Positions 54,584 to 62,275 of a stretch of 62,275 nucleotides of DNA are shown one piece after another; positions within the stretch are counted from its first letter, which is position 1, and the number at the start of each line of letters is the position of its first letter. This DNA comes from a virus (Duplodnaviria; Caudoviricetes): positions 1 through 62,275 of IMG/VR virus record IMGVR_UViG_3300045738_000771; one strand, written 5' to 3'. The translations under genes and the position numbers were made by a program. The notes under the pieces are model-generated. The model did not search any database, was not told the DNA's origin, and saw only the letters and a list, made by a program, of their open reading frames with translations.

Positions 54584-56058
54584 GTCTCTAGCAGATCCTC
54601 TCTGATATACGTTGGCTCGTCTGGCCCGCTGACATCTACATAACCCTGTGCTATAGCTACCCATCTAAGAATTCCTGGGGGGAAAATTGGATTCTTTCTG
54701 AGATCTTGCGGATTAGTCAACTTGTCCCCAAGCAAGCCCACGAAAGTTGCATGATCCATCTTCTCGCACCCATCAAGCACCTCCGATGCTAGCTTGGGGA
54801 GGTCTCCAAAATTTGTTCGAGCGTGCTCCTCGTCCCGTAACTCTATGCAAGCATCATAAAACTGCTTCCCAGAAGTGCGCACATCGTGAAATTCCCTAAC
54901 TATATTAGCATAGCTAGTCGTGAAATCAGGGTTACTCTTGAGGTGTTTGCAAGCCGCATAAACTAATTCGGTCAGATCGTTCGTTCCTAATCTAAAAGGA
55001 TACTCCTCCCAATCTGGGAAAACGATCTTCGCATAAATATCGTTCGTTACTAACAATACTCCCATAGCCGCCATCTCAACGTATCTTCCACCATACTGAT
55101 TGACTGTAAGTCCTAGCCCCACAGAGATGTCCACCTCGTCAATTATGAACTTGTGATACTCGCTTTGGGTCATCTCCGTTCGTATCTCGACACCTGTCCC
55201 CTGAGACTTTAACTCATCCAAAATTCTTTCCGGTATCTCACTCTTAGATGATCCAACCATAAAATGGAAAATCAACTTCTTTGCAACCCCGCACTTATAT
55301 GCTGCAAACATCGGTTCTTTAACCCGATCATAATCTTCCTGAAAATGACCCGACCACATTATCACAGGCTTGTCCCCAGAGTGCTTTTTTCTGGGTAGAG
55401 TATCTGACCAAACTCCCGTGTTAATTACGCCCAACTTTGGTAACAAAGATTTAAGAACAGATGGCTTTAAGATATTGCGATAACTGTCTAAATGATCCTC
55501 CATACACCAAGTAGACTGATAGTAGTTTCGATCTGAATACAAAGCTCCAAGCAAATGGCTCTTAGTATCAAACGTCCCGTAAATGCAATTCTTCCACGAG
55601 TCTGTCGGAGTCCACGACTCATATGATATGCAAGGAATCTGTCTGCTGTACCCCTGCTGAAAAGTCGAATGAGTAGCCATTCTCAACTGAGGTACTATGG
55701 CTGTGCAACCATCTACAACCATCGCGTCGATATACTTAACATCTTCCGAAAGAGGTTTCATACGATGAAACATCGCTGGCCCAGAGAGCCAACCTATCTT
55801 TCGTGTAGCAGGCGTGTTTCCCACAACTGACTTGGGATAATGGAAAGTATGAATTCTATCCAGATCATCTTTCTCAAGTGAGTAGTTGAGCATCCACTTC
55901 TTATCCCCAAAGGCTTCGTGGTAAGGGAAAACTATAGAAGCATAAGGGTCTAAATCAAGTATCGCCTTGCATAACTGGGTGGCAGTAATGCTAAGAGAGT
56001 TAGACCCGCGCCACTCCTCTACACGATTCACCCAGAGAATTCTTAAGCCCTTGTTCAC
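54580..56058 (-). CDS. divergent GT-B glycosyltransferase
   Basis: INTGV, IMWSGH, YGGRYVEMAAMG, YPF; architecture parallels 50484-51848. Confidence 0.6.
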   Translation of the reverse strand: MNKGLRILWVNRVEEWRGSNSLSITATQLCKAILDLDPYASIVFPYHEAFGDKKWMLNYSLEKDDLDRIHTFHYPKSVVGNTPATRKIGWLSGPAMFHRMKPLSEDVKYIDAMVVDGCTAIVPQLRMATHSTFQQGYSRQIPCISYESWTPTDSWKNCIYGTFDTKSHLLGALYSDRNYYQSTWCMEDHLDSYRNILKPSVLKSLLPKLGVINTGVWSDTLPRKKHSGDKPVIMWSGHFQEDYDRVKEPMFAAYKCGVAKKLIFHFMVGSSKSEIPERILDELKSQGTGVEIRTEMTQSEYHKFIIDEVDISVGLGLTVNQYGGRYVEMAAMGVLLVTNDIYAKIVFPDWEEYPFRLGTNDLTELVYAACKHLKSNPDFTTSYANIVREFHDVRTSGKQFYDACIELRDEEHARTNFGDLPKLASEVLDGCEKMDHATFVGLLGDKLTNPQDLRKNPIFPPGILRWVAIAQGYVDVSGPDEPTYIREDLLET

Positions 56059-56729
56059 TAATTTCTCCCCACATCAATCGTGGTGCCTCGCCGACCTAGA
56101 TCATCATCCAAAAGTCGCAACGTCTCCTCAGCCAAATTCTCAGGCTCCCTGAAAAAATTGGGGTCGGTGTCGGGGAGATCTCGGGCAGGATTGCTCGGCG
56201 TGTTCACCCTCGCAGGCCAGATCATATTCACCGACCGAGAATCCTGAGCACTCTGAGCCATCGTATAACTACGCATCCACGCCCAAAGAGCAGCTTTACT
56301 CGCCGCATACGCTGGCTGATTAGCACTACCATTCTGAAGAAAACTGCCAAAAATGACAATTTTACACTCGTCTGTAAGGCAACCCCAACCATCTAAATGA
56401 TGAATCAAGCTAACGACTGACGTGCAGTTGGTTCGGAAATAGGACTCCCACTCATCGGGCTTCCACTGAGTTCCCGATTTCTCGCCGTGTTTCGCGTGGC
56501 ACATCACTACACCAGAAAACGGCTCGTCTTGCGACTTCTCAGAATACAGGCTTACCCAATGCTCAACTGCGTCTAAATCGGACACATCTAAATGGTCTCG
56601 TGTCCAAGGCACCTGCTTGTTTTCTGGGTTCCGACTCAGCCCTACTACATCGTCCCCCCGCGCGTGTAGCGCGTGCGCGACAGCGTACCCGAGTCCTTGG
56701 GACTCGCCAACTACCAGATAATTACTCAT
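56058..56729 (-). CDS. SDR-family oxidoreductase
   Basis: VGESQGLG, YAASK, VNMIWP.RVNTP. Confidence 0.85.
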   Translation of the reverse strand: MSNYLVVGESQGLGYAVAHALHARGDDVVGLSRNPENKQVPWTRDHLDVSDLDAVEHWVSLYSEKSQDEPFSGVVMCHAKHGEKSGTQWKPDEWESYFRTNCTSVVSLIHHLDGWGCLTDECKIVIFGSFLQNGSANQPAYAASKAALWAWMRSYTMAQSAQDSRSVNMIWPARVNTPSNPARDLPDTDPNFFREPENLAEETLRLLDDDLGRRGTTIDVGRN

Positions 56730-56741
56730 ACTTACTCCAAT

Positions 56742-57158
56742 CTAGTCATCGTGATGCAACGCTATCGAATCCTTTTCTATCTGGGTGATTGGCTCGTCGC
56801 AATCGTTCCACTTTTTCGTCAAAAGGGCGACCATACTCATGTCTGTGATGGGTCTGAGCGTATGAGATACCCCAATCTTAAACTGCACACAATCCCCCGG
56901 CCCTATCTTTACGAAAGGGTTGCTGTTCCCCTCGCCTCTTTCCTCGATGTAAACGCCGTGACCAGAAAGTACTAGCACGTATTCCTCAAATTCTTTGTGA
57001 TAATGAAATCCTCGCGCTTCCCCTGCATTGGTGAAGATCGGTGTGATCTCAACTACAGGTTTATCTGGATAAAACGTGAAAATCCCACCCCTGCCATCGG
57101 TAAGCGTCATCAAATTGCACTCGGGCTTAAGCTTTACAATGTTAGTATCCATACTCAT
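56742..57158 (-). CDS. cupin protein (sugar 3,4-isomerase/3,5-epimerase-like)
   Basis: DGRG...RGFHYH...E...H. Confidence 0.75.
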   Translation of the reverse strand: MSMDTNIVKLKPECNLMTLTDGRGGIFTFYPDKPVVEITPIFTNAGEARGFHYHKEFEEYVLVLSGHGVYIEERGEGNSNPFVKIGPGDCVQFKIGVSHTLRPITDMSMVALLTKKWNDCDEPITQIEKDSIALHHDD

Positions 57159-57796
57159 TTGTAATCAATGATCCTCCCCATGCCTGCGTAACCTTTAGTA
57201 AATACTTTCAACATTGCCTCAGTAAATGAGTCTAACTGTGAATCGCTGCCGTCTTCCGGTCTGTCTATGAATAACAAATCTGAGTTAAGTGGGTAAGTCT
57301 TGTGGATAAACTCAACATAAGGTCTCAATGCGTGTTGACTCGCTCCATAGGGCAAAAACTCGCCGCCAATTCGTCCAGTATTAACACAAAACACCACTGG
57401 CGCACCAAACTTCAAAATCTCCCAGTGCTCTAAATAAATCAAAAGCTGTGTCGGGCCTATTACATTAACAAGGAAGTGCTCTCTGTAGTTAAAGGCGTTC
57501 CAGAGGTACTTGGGCTGTGCCTCTGCCATAGAATGGAGAAATGCGATACCGTCCAGCTTCAGATCCTCTTCAGTAAACTCCTTCACCAAATCAATCGCGT
57601 GCGCGGGCTGGTTGAAATCGCAATGCTTAAAAAAACCCTCCTTCTCCGAGTCAAGATCCGTCTCAAGACTAGAAATTGGAGGGTTTCGCTGTGCGGTGTA
57701 AATGATATGACCACTAGACCGCAAATAATTAGAGGTTGTACAGCCTACTCCACGGCTAGCCCCCACTAATAGCAGGTGCTTCTTTTCCACTGACAT
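57155..57796 (-). CDS. SDR-like protein with altered catalytic motif
   Basis: VGASRGVG, VNVIGP, YGASQ in place of YxxxK. Confidence 0.65.
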   Translation of the reverse strand: MSVEKKHLLLVGASRGVGCTTSNYLRSSGHIIYTAQRNPPISSLETDLDSEKEGFFKHCDFNQPAHAIDLVKEFTEEDLKLDGIAFLHSMAEAQPKYLWNAFNYREHFLVNVIGPTQLLIYLEHWEILKFGAPVVFCVNTGRIGGEFLPYGASQHALRPYVEFIHKTYPLNSDLLFIDRPEDGSDSQLDSFTEAMLKVFTKGYAGMGRIIDYK

Positions 57797-58796
57797 CTAT
57801 GAAATCCTTTTCGTATTCACTCTGAAATATATCCATGTCTTCTGAATAATGATTATCTAACACCCAAGCTCGTAATTTATTCACTTGAGGTAAAGCACTC
57901 TCCCATCTCTCCACCTGCGGGGGATCAAACATGTCTGCCAGATAAGCGATCTCCTCATGACTAGAGACTAGATCCCAAACCATCTGCCTTAAATTGAACG
58001 ATCTGACATACTCACGATCATGCACCACTCCCTCATGGTAAAATACGAACTCCCCCATCTCGTCCCTCTTGATACTGCCATGTTTCCAGTGGTTTTTCAA
58101 AAATACACTATACGCGAATTTACCCTGACGTGTATGAATGTCTGCCGCTTCGAGAGGGAAAAAATCGCGGTACAATGTGGTGCTTACATCTCTCGACCTG
58201 ATCCTCAGCACCGAACTTACTCCCGAGCAAAGCAAATAAGGCACACCTATAGCAAAATTACTTCGATCAAATTTGCACCCTAGCTTGCACAGAGTTGGAA
58301 TCCACTCATTGCTACTATCGTAATCCAAGAGATCGAAAATATCCAACTTTCGCTCCGGCCAAGCTTTATACCACTCGACCAACGGTGCGTGATCTGTATC
58401 CTTGAGTGCGTGATACAACGCAACAGGGGGCAGCGACTTACCATAACAGGCACCCTGAACTAAGTCAGAAACGTAGACTTGGTTGTAATCCTTGACGCAC
58501 TCGGCCATCGCGATGACTAAAGGAATAAGCGGCTCAAATTCCTTGCTGCCTATGGGATACTCCCGAAAAGCCTGCAATGCTTCAAGCGACGTTCCGCAAT
58601 CTTCAAACAAGATCGTCCACAGGCGACAGAAAGCTCGGTACGATTGCTGGCCGTAAGCCACTCTAGCAAAATTTACCGCCCGTTCAGTTTCCCCTCTGCG
58701 AATACACTTCTGCATGGCAGATACTGAAAGATAGTAAACTGTCTGATTGACCTTCTTCTTGGATTCAATCGCGTCTCCAAATAAATCCTTACTCAT
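57756..58796 (-). CDS. protein with MgsA/RarA C-terminal-like helical domain
   Basis: SAMQKCIRRG...A...RL..I..ED.G and AADIHTRQG; no Walker A. Confidence 0.6.
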   Translation of the reverse strand: MSKDLFGDAIESKKKVNQTVYYLSVSAMQKCIRRGETERAVNFARVAYGQQSYRAFCRLWTILFEDCGTSLEALQAFREYPIGSKEFEPLIPLVIAMAECVKDYNQVYVSDLVQGACYGKSLPPVALYHALKDTDHAPLVEWYKAWPERKLDIFDLLDYDSSNEWIPTLCKLGCKFDRSNFAIGVPYLLCSGVSSVLRIRSRDVSTTLYRDFFPLEAADIHTRQGKFAYSVFLKNHWKHGSIKRDEMGEFVFYHEGVVHDREYVRSFNLRQMVWDLVSSHEEIAYLADMFDPPQVERWESALPQVNKLRAWVLDNHYSEDMDIFQSEYEKDFIDVSGKEAPAISGG

Positions 58797-58819
58797 ACTC
58801 ATACTCCTATTAAAATGGG

Positions 58820-58856
58820 TGTTCCGCAATTATACCAGTTGCGGAACAGTTCGCAA
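58820..58856 (-). promoter_or_regulatory. promoter P6 (TTGCGA-N16-TATAAT, extended -10) overlapped by a 10-bp inverted repeat
   Basis: TGTTCCGCAA/TTGCGGAACA flank the -10 box; spacer has TTCCG-N5-GG. Confidence 0.6.
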
Positions 58857-58857
58857 G

Positions 58858-59217
58858 TTAGAAAGGCAGCGAAGGCTGGATTATTTTCGATTTAGACTCC
58901 TCCCGTTTCTTTGCATCTTCGCGAATTCTGTCGGAAGCCGTGTCCAAGTATCCTGTGGTGTGGTGAGATAGAGCCTCGGCAGCCTCCTTATCCATACCAC
59001 TCAGTACTTGGTCTTGAGCAAAAATAACTGCCCTAGCTAATATCACATCACATTTCATGGAAAGCACCTCAGACTTGAGTTCCCCGACAATCTGAATAAA
59101 GCAGTCCGGGTGAATCGTTCCTTCCTGAGTAACCATAATCTTTAACTTAGATTCACTTTCCTGAATCGCTAATCGAAGATTCTCCGTCGCTTTCGTTACA
59201 TCTTCCGTATCAATCAT
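58858..59217 (-). CDS. hypothetical protein
   Basis: coupled ORF. Confidence 0.55.
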   Translation of the reverse strand: MIDTEDVTKATENLRLAIQESESKLKIMVTQEGTIHPDCFIQIVGELKSEVLSMKCDVILARAVIFAQDQVLSGMDKEAAEALSHHTTGYLDTASDRIREDAKKREESKSKIIQPSLPF

Positions 59218-60337
59218 CTTCCATGTCCTCCGGCTCACCTTCATAAGCCTCCATAAGTTCCCATACATTAGTATCATCTAAAACATGAAATCTACTATGC
59301 AGAATTTTGGTGTTCTTCCGAGACTCCACTGGCAAAACTTTTGCCTCATTGGGTCGAACATTCCAAACGCTATGATCCAAGACATGAAAATCAACTTCTC
59401 TTTCATACCTGTCCTGAAATAAGGTAAACGCGAGTTCTTCGGCATCCTGATCTAACCACAAATTCCCTGCGATTACTCCCGAATACCACGCATCTGCCCA
59501 AGTCCTTGCGAAATTATTACCCCGTTCTCCATTAAAATAGATCACACCTCCGTTGAACTTGTTACTTCCCCCAAGGCAGTCATAGTCAATTGCGGCTGCT
59601 AAATCATTAGGCAGATCGAATACGTCGTCTATCGGCTGCATAATAATCGTGTCGGTGTCTAAATAAAGCGTTCTGTTATACGGCGACAGACTTATAAGGT
59701 GCAACTTCCAACCGCAATAGATCATCCACATCTGACGATAACTCTGGCACTGATCGGCATACTCCAAAAGTGCCTGACCATGATCGAATCGAAGTTCCAG
59801 CGACTCCCTCAAGGGAAGGATTGTGTCGAATAACTCCGGCCTTTCCACGTCCTCATCTGTGAACAGAGTAATTGGAACGTCGGGGGAGTGCTTTCTAAGA
59901 GACTCGGCAGACTGGATGGCTTCGTCCACAACGGACATTGAGCCATTATCTTTGAATCCCAAAGCAAAATAGACTACCCCAAAACTATCCTCATCTTCAG
60001 TAGTAGTCGAAATTGTCGGAAGATATGCTTTCTGAGATTCACAGTAAGCCAGATAAAGAATCGAATAATTAACTATATCTAAACAGGTATCCCGCAAAGA
60101 CTCGTCAACTTGAAAATTTCCCGATTCGCAAAAAGAGGACAGCCTAGAAAGCTTGTCTGTCAGTCGAACTAAGAATCCTCGCTCAGTAGAAGTGATGCCG
60201 AGGCTTTCGACCCTAGTAAAATTAGCGAATGGCTTATCTCCATCTTCGCCAGCATAATCGTGATTCTTACTCTCTATTAATTGTCTTGCCTCATCAACTG
60301 CGTCATTGAAAAACTCAATCAACTCTTCTCGGTTCAT
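59210..60337 (-). CDS. fusion of nucleotide-modification-associated domain (DUF1599-like) and GT8-like glycosyltransferase
   Basis: N-term KNHDYA...ANF...RLTDKLSRL...DESLRDTCLDIVNY; C-term SPYNRTLYLDTD, FNGGV, DQ, WN, ILH. Confidence 0.75.
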   Translation of the reverse strand: MNREELIEFFNDAVDEARQLIESKNHDYAGEDGDKPFANFTRVESLGITSTERGFLVRLTDKLSRLSSFCESGNFQVDESLRDTCLDIVNYSILYLAYCESQKAYLPTISTTTEDEDSFGVVYFALGFKDNGSMSVVDEAIQSAESLRKHSPDVPITLFTDEDVERPELFDTILPLRESLELRFDHGQALLEYADQCQSYRQMWMIYCGWKLHLISLSPYNRTLYLDTDTIIMQPIDDVFDLPNDLAAAIDYDCLGGSNKFNGGVIYFNGERGNNFARTWADAWYSGVIAGNLWLDQDAEELAFTLFQDRYEREVDFHVLDHSVWNVRPNEAKVLPVESRKNTKILHSRFHVLDDTNVWELMEAYEGEPEDMEDD

Positions 60338-61431
60338 GTCGTATCTTTCAGCGAAATAGGGGCATCAACTATCAAGCCATGATCTGCCTCAAAAAATGCT
60401 AGTCGCTGCACAGGATCTCCACTTGCTGCCAAATTCTCAGCCGCATACGCATTGGACGACTCCGGCGTTCCTCCCGCCAACACCATACGCTTGTTGATAA
60501 CATACGCTGCCAGCGTGTGAAAATGGCCCATCCACAAGTAACTAAAGTCTGGGACTAAATCAGCCCAACCACTCAACTTCTTGCCCACACCATACCACGG
60601 AAAGCCAAGCTGTCCACGGATCTGATCTCCATGAACTAGCATGTGTCCGAAATCAAACGTCTTATGGTGGACATACCACTCCGATCCTGCGGGACGATCA
60701 AAGGGCAAGTCCCACTCGATCCTAGATCTGTCCTTTGTAGACAAGCAGTTGTCTACCATCTGCCTTAGCCCAAGGTAGAACCAGTTGTCAAAGTTGTTTC
60801 TCTTGGCTGCAAATTTGCTAATTCTTCCATGGTTTCCCGGCACAGCCTTAATAACCAGACGCTTGAAATGACTAAGAAACAGGAGGATCTGTTCGCACAT
60901 AATCCTTGGGCCTTCCTTGACCAACTGGCCCACGACATCCTGATCTATCTCAAGGGCTTGGCCTGGAAATATCGCACCCTCACCTTCACCAAAATCCCCA
61001 CCTAGAAAAATATGAAGCTCATCAATCTTGGATACACTACGCCTAAGTTCGACAAGTTTCACTGTCTTTTGCGCCAACAACTGCATCCTTTCCTCGGCTA
61101 CCGCGATGTTATAGGTAGCTGTACGCTTGCCAAAATGAACATCTGTAATGTGGAGAATTGGTATCTCAAGCGGGGTTCTTTTAGACGATGACGTATACTT
61201 GGGTATTTTAATGTCTAGCGGTTCAGCGTAAGCTTCGACAAAAGCATCTTTGAGCAACTCCAAGCCCGTCTCTCGGGCTTCCAATCGCTTCTGTAAACGA
61301 GCGACCTGCTTGCGCAGCGTGCGCACGCGAGCGTCATCATCGAGGTCTACAAGCTGCTTATCAAGCTCGGACAACGAGACAAGATCGTCAACTAGCGTCG
61401 ACTCCTTGTTCAATGCGGGCTTCTTGGGCAT
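60334..61431 (-). CDS. calcineurin-like metallophosphoesterase
   Basis: TDVHFG, GGD..EG, PGNHGR, HGD, GHFH. Confidence 0.88.
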   Translation of the reverse strand: MPKKPALNKESTLVDDLVSLSELDKQLVDLDDDARVRTLRKQVARLQKRLEARETGLELLKDAFVEAYAEPLDIKIPKYTSSSKRTPLEIPILHITDVHFGKRTATYNIAVAEERMQLLAQKTVKLVELRRSVSKIDELHIFLGGDFGEGEGAIFPGQALEIDQDVVGQLVKEGPRIMCEQILLFLSHFKRLVIKAVPGNHGRISKFAAKRNNFDNWFYLGLRQMVDNCLSTKDRSRIEWDLPFDRPAGSEWYVHHKTFDFGHMLVHGDQIRGQLGFPWYGVGKKLSGWADLVPDFSYLWMGHFHTLAAYVINKRMVLAGGTPESSNAYAAENLAASGDPVQRLAFFEADHGLIVDAPISLKDTT

Positions 61432-61697
61432 TATGCGTCCTCCGTCTTGGTAAGCTCTTTCTTGAACTTATCATACGATATGGACTTCATGCTGAAATGC
61501 TCAATTACGCTCTTGCTAAGTTGTGTCATACTAATGTGCGCAAGCGTTCCGTCAGCCCACGCATGTTTAACTGCCTGCCACTCCTTCTTATGATGGTCAC
61601 TCAAAAAACTGAACGGATCTACCCGCGATGATCGGGGCAGCTTAGAAAGTTTATCTAAAAGATCTGCGCCGTCGTTTTGTTGCTCTGATTTTTGCAC
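61431..61697 (-). CDS. hypothetical protein
   Basis: AAGGAAGG SD; coupled to the phosphoesterase. Confidence 0.55.
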   Translation of the reverse strand: MQKSEQQNDGADLLDKLSKLPRSSRVDPFSFLSDHHKKEWQAVKHAWADGTLAHISMTQLSKSVIEHFSMKSISYDKFKKELTKTEDA

Positions 61698-61725
61698 GCT
61701 TTAACATTCCTTCCTTGGAAAATAC

Positions 61726-61780
61726 AAAAGGTGACGCAGACTCCGTTCTGAGATTGGCAGCATCCTGCGCCACGCCACCT
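61726..61780 (-). terminator. terminator/attenuator-like hairpin
   Basis: AGGTGGCGTGG/CTGCGTCACCT stem with G-U pairs, followed by a T-run. Confidence 0.4.
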
Positions 61781-61781
61781 A

Positions 61782-61795
61782 TGCAAACAATTGCA
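61782..61795. repeat. dispersed palindrome TGCAA-ACAA-TTGCA (copy 12)
   Basis: read directly; intergenic. Confidence 0.9.
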
Positions 61796-61826
61796 TAACT
61801 TAGTGTAAATTGCGCCGCTACATGCG

Positions 61827-62267
61827 TCAATCAAAGTCCTCTAAGGACGGGATGATGGTTTGCAAAGATATGCCAGCTTTTCCGAACCTTTCCGTGGATT
61901 CTGATATTAAATCCCGAAGATTGTCGGCATGAGACTGCCTATCTGCCTGTATTGCAGGGGCTTCACTGGACTTTAGCAATTCATCTCGTGCTTGCTTGCA
62001 TGCTAGCACTCTATTTCGGAAGTATTGAAGCTGCGAATTAACCTCTTTAACCTGCTTTTGCCAAGTTACGTTAGTCACCTCTGACAGCTTTCGATCACAC
62101 AACTTGACCTTATGCAATGCCAAAACAATTGGAGTTATGGCATCCTCTAAGTCAGGGCACTCCTTGATGGCTAAATCTGCTTCTAATTTAGCCTCCTTAT
62201 CTTTCAAAGTTCGTAAGGCTGTTCGCAACTCATCTTGAGTCATGGAATTCATATCTGCTGTTGACAT
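61827..62267 (-). CDS. coiled-coil hypothetical protein
   Basis: 146-aa helical ORF at the window edge. Confidence 0.6.
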   Translation of the reverse strand: MSTADMNSMTQDELRTALRTLKDKEAKLEADLAIKECPDLEDAITPIVLALHKVKLCDRKLSEVTNVTWQKQVKEVNSQLQYFRNRVLACKQARDELLKSSEAPAIQADRQSHADNLRDLISESTERFGKAGISLQTIIPSLEDFD

Positions 62268-62275
62268 ACTAACCT

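Overview
The window is a 62-kb segment of a tailed dsDNA phage genome (Caudoviricetes, siphovirus-like: tail tube, frameshifted tail chaperone and long tape measure, no sheath seen). It uses the standard code, and every credible gene is on the minus strand. In transcription order (right to left) it holds: (1) a metallophosphoesterase/nucleotide-sugar/glycosyltransferase cluster ending in a ParB-like gene next to the terminase (62.3-49.7 kb); (2) packaging, head, neck and tail genes interleaved with four more glycosyltransferases and Thr/Cys-rich virion proteins (49.7-19.6 kb); (3) a replication/recombination module (initiator, DnaC, DnaB, primase, SSB, PolA, SF2 helicase, RecA, Cas4-like nuclease, RusA) punctuated by small-gene cassettes behind repeated promoters (19.6-0 kb). 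No integrase, tRNA, CRISPR array or endolysin was seen. The most unusual signal is not a gene. A 14-bp palindrome TGCAA-N4-TTGCA occurs at least 12 times (about 0.06 expected by chance), mostly inside coding sequences, and recurs every 3.3-3.9 kb across the first 23 kb. Other highlights are a six-member promoter family with a conserved spacer motif, a second 40-bp intergenic motif, a candidate multi-branched ncRNA, and an extensive glycosylation toolkit (7 GT domains). All calls are from manual reading; no database searches were run.
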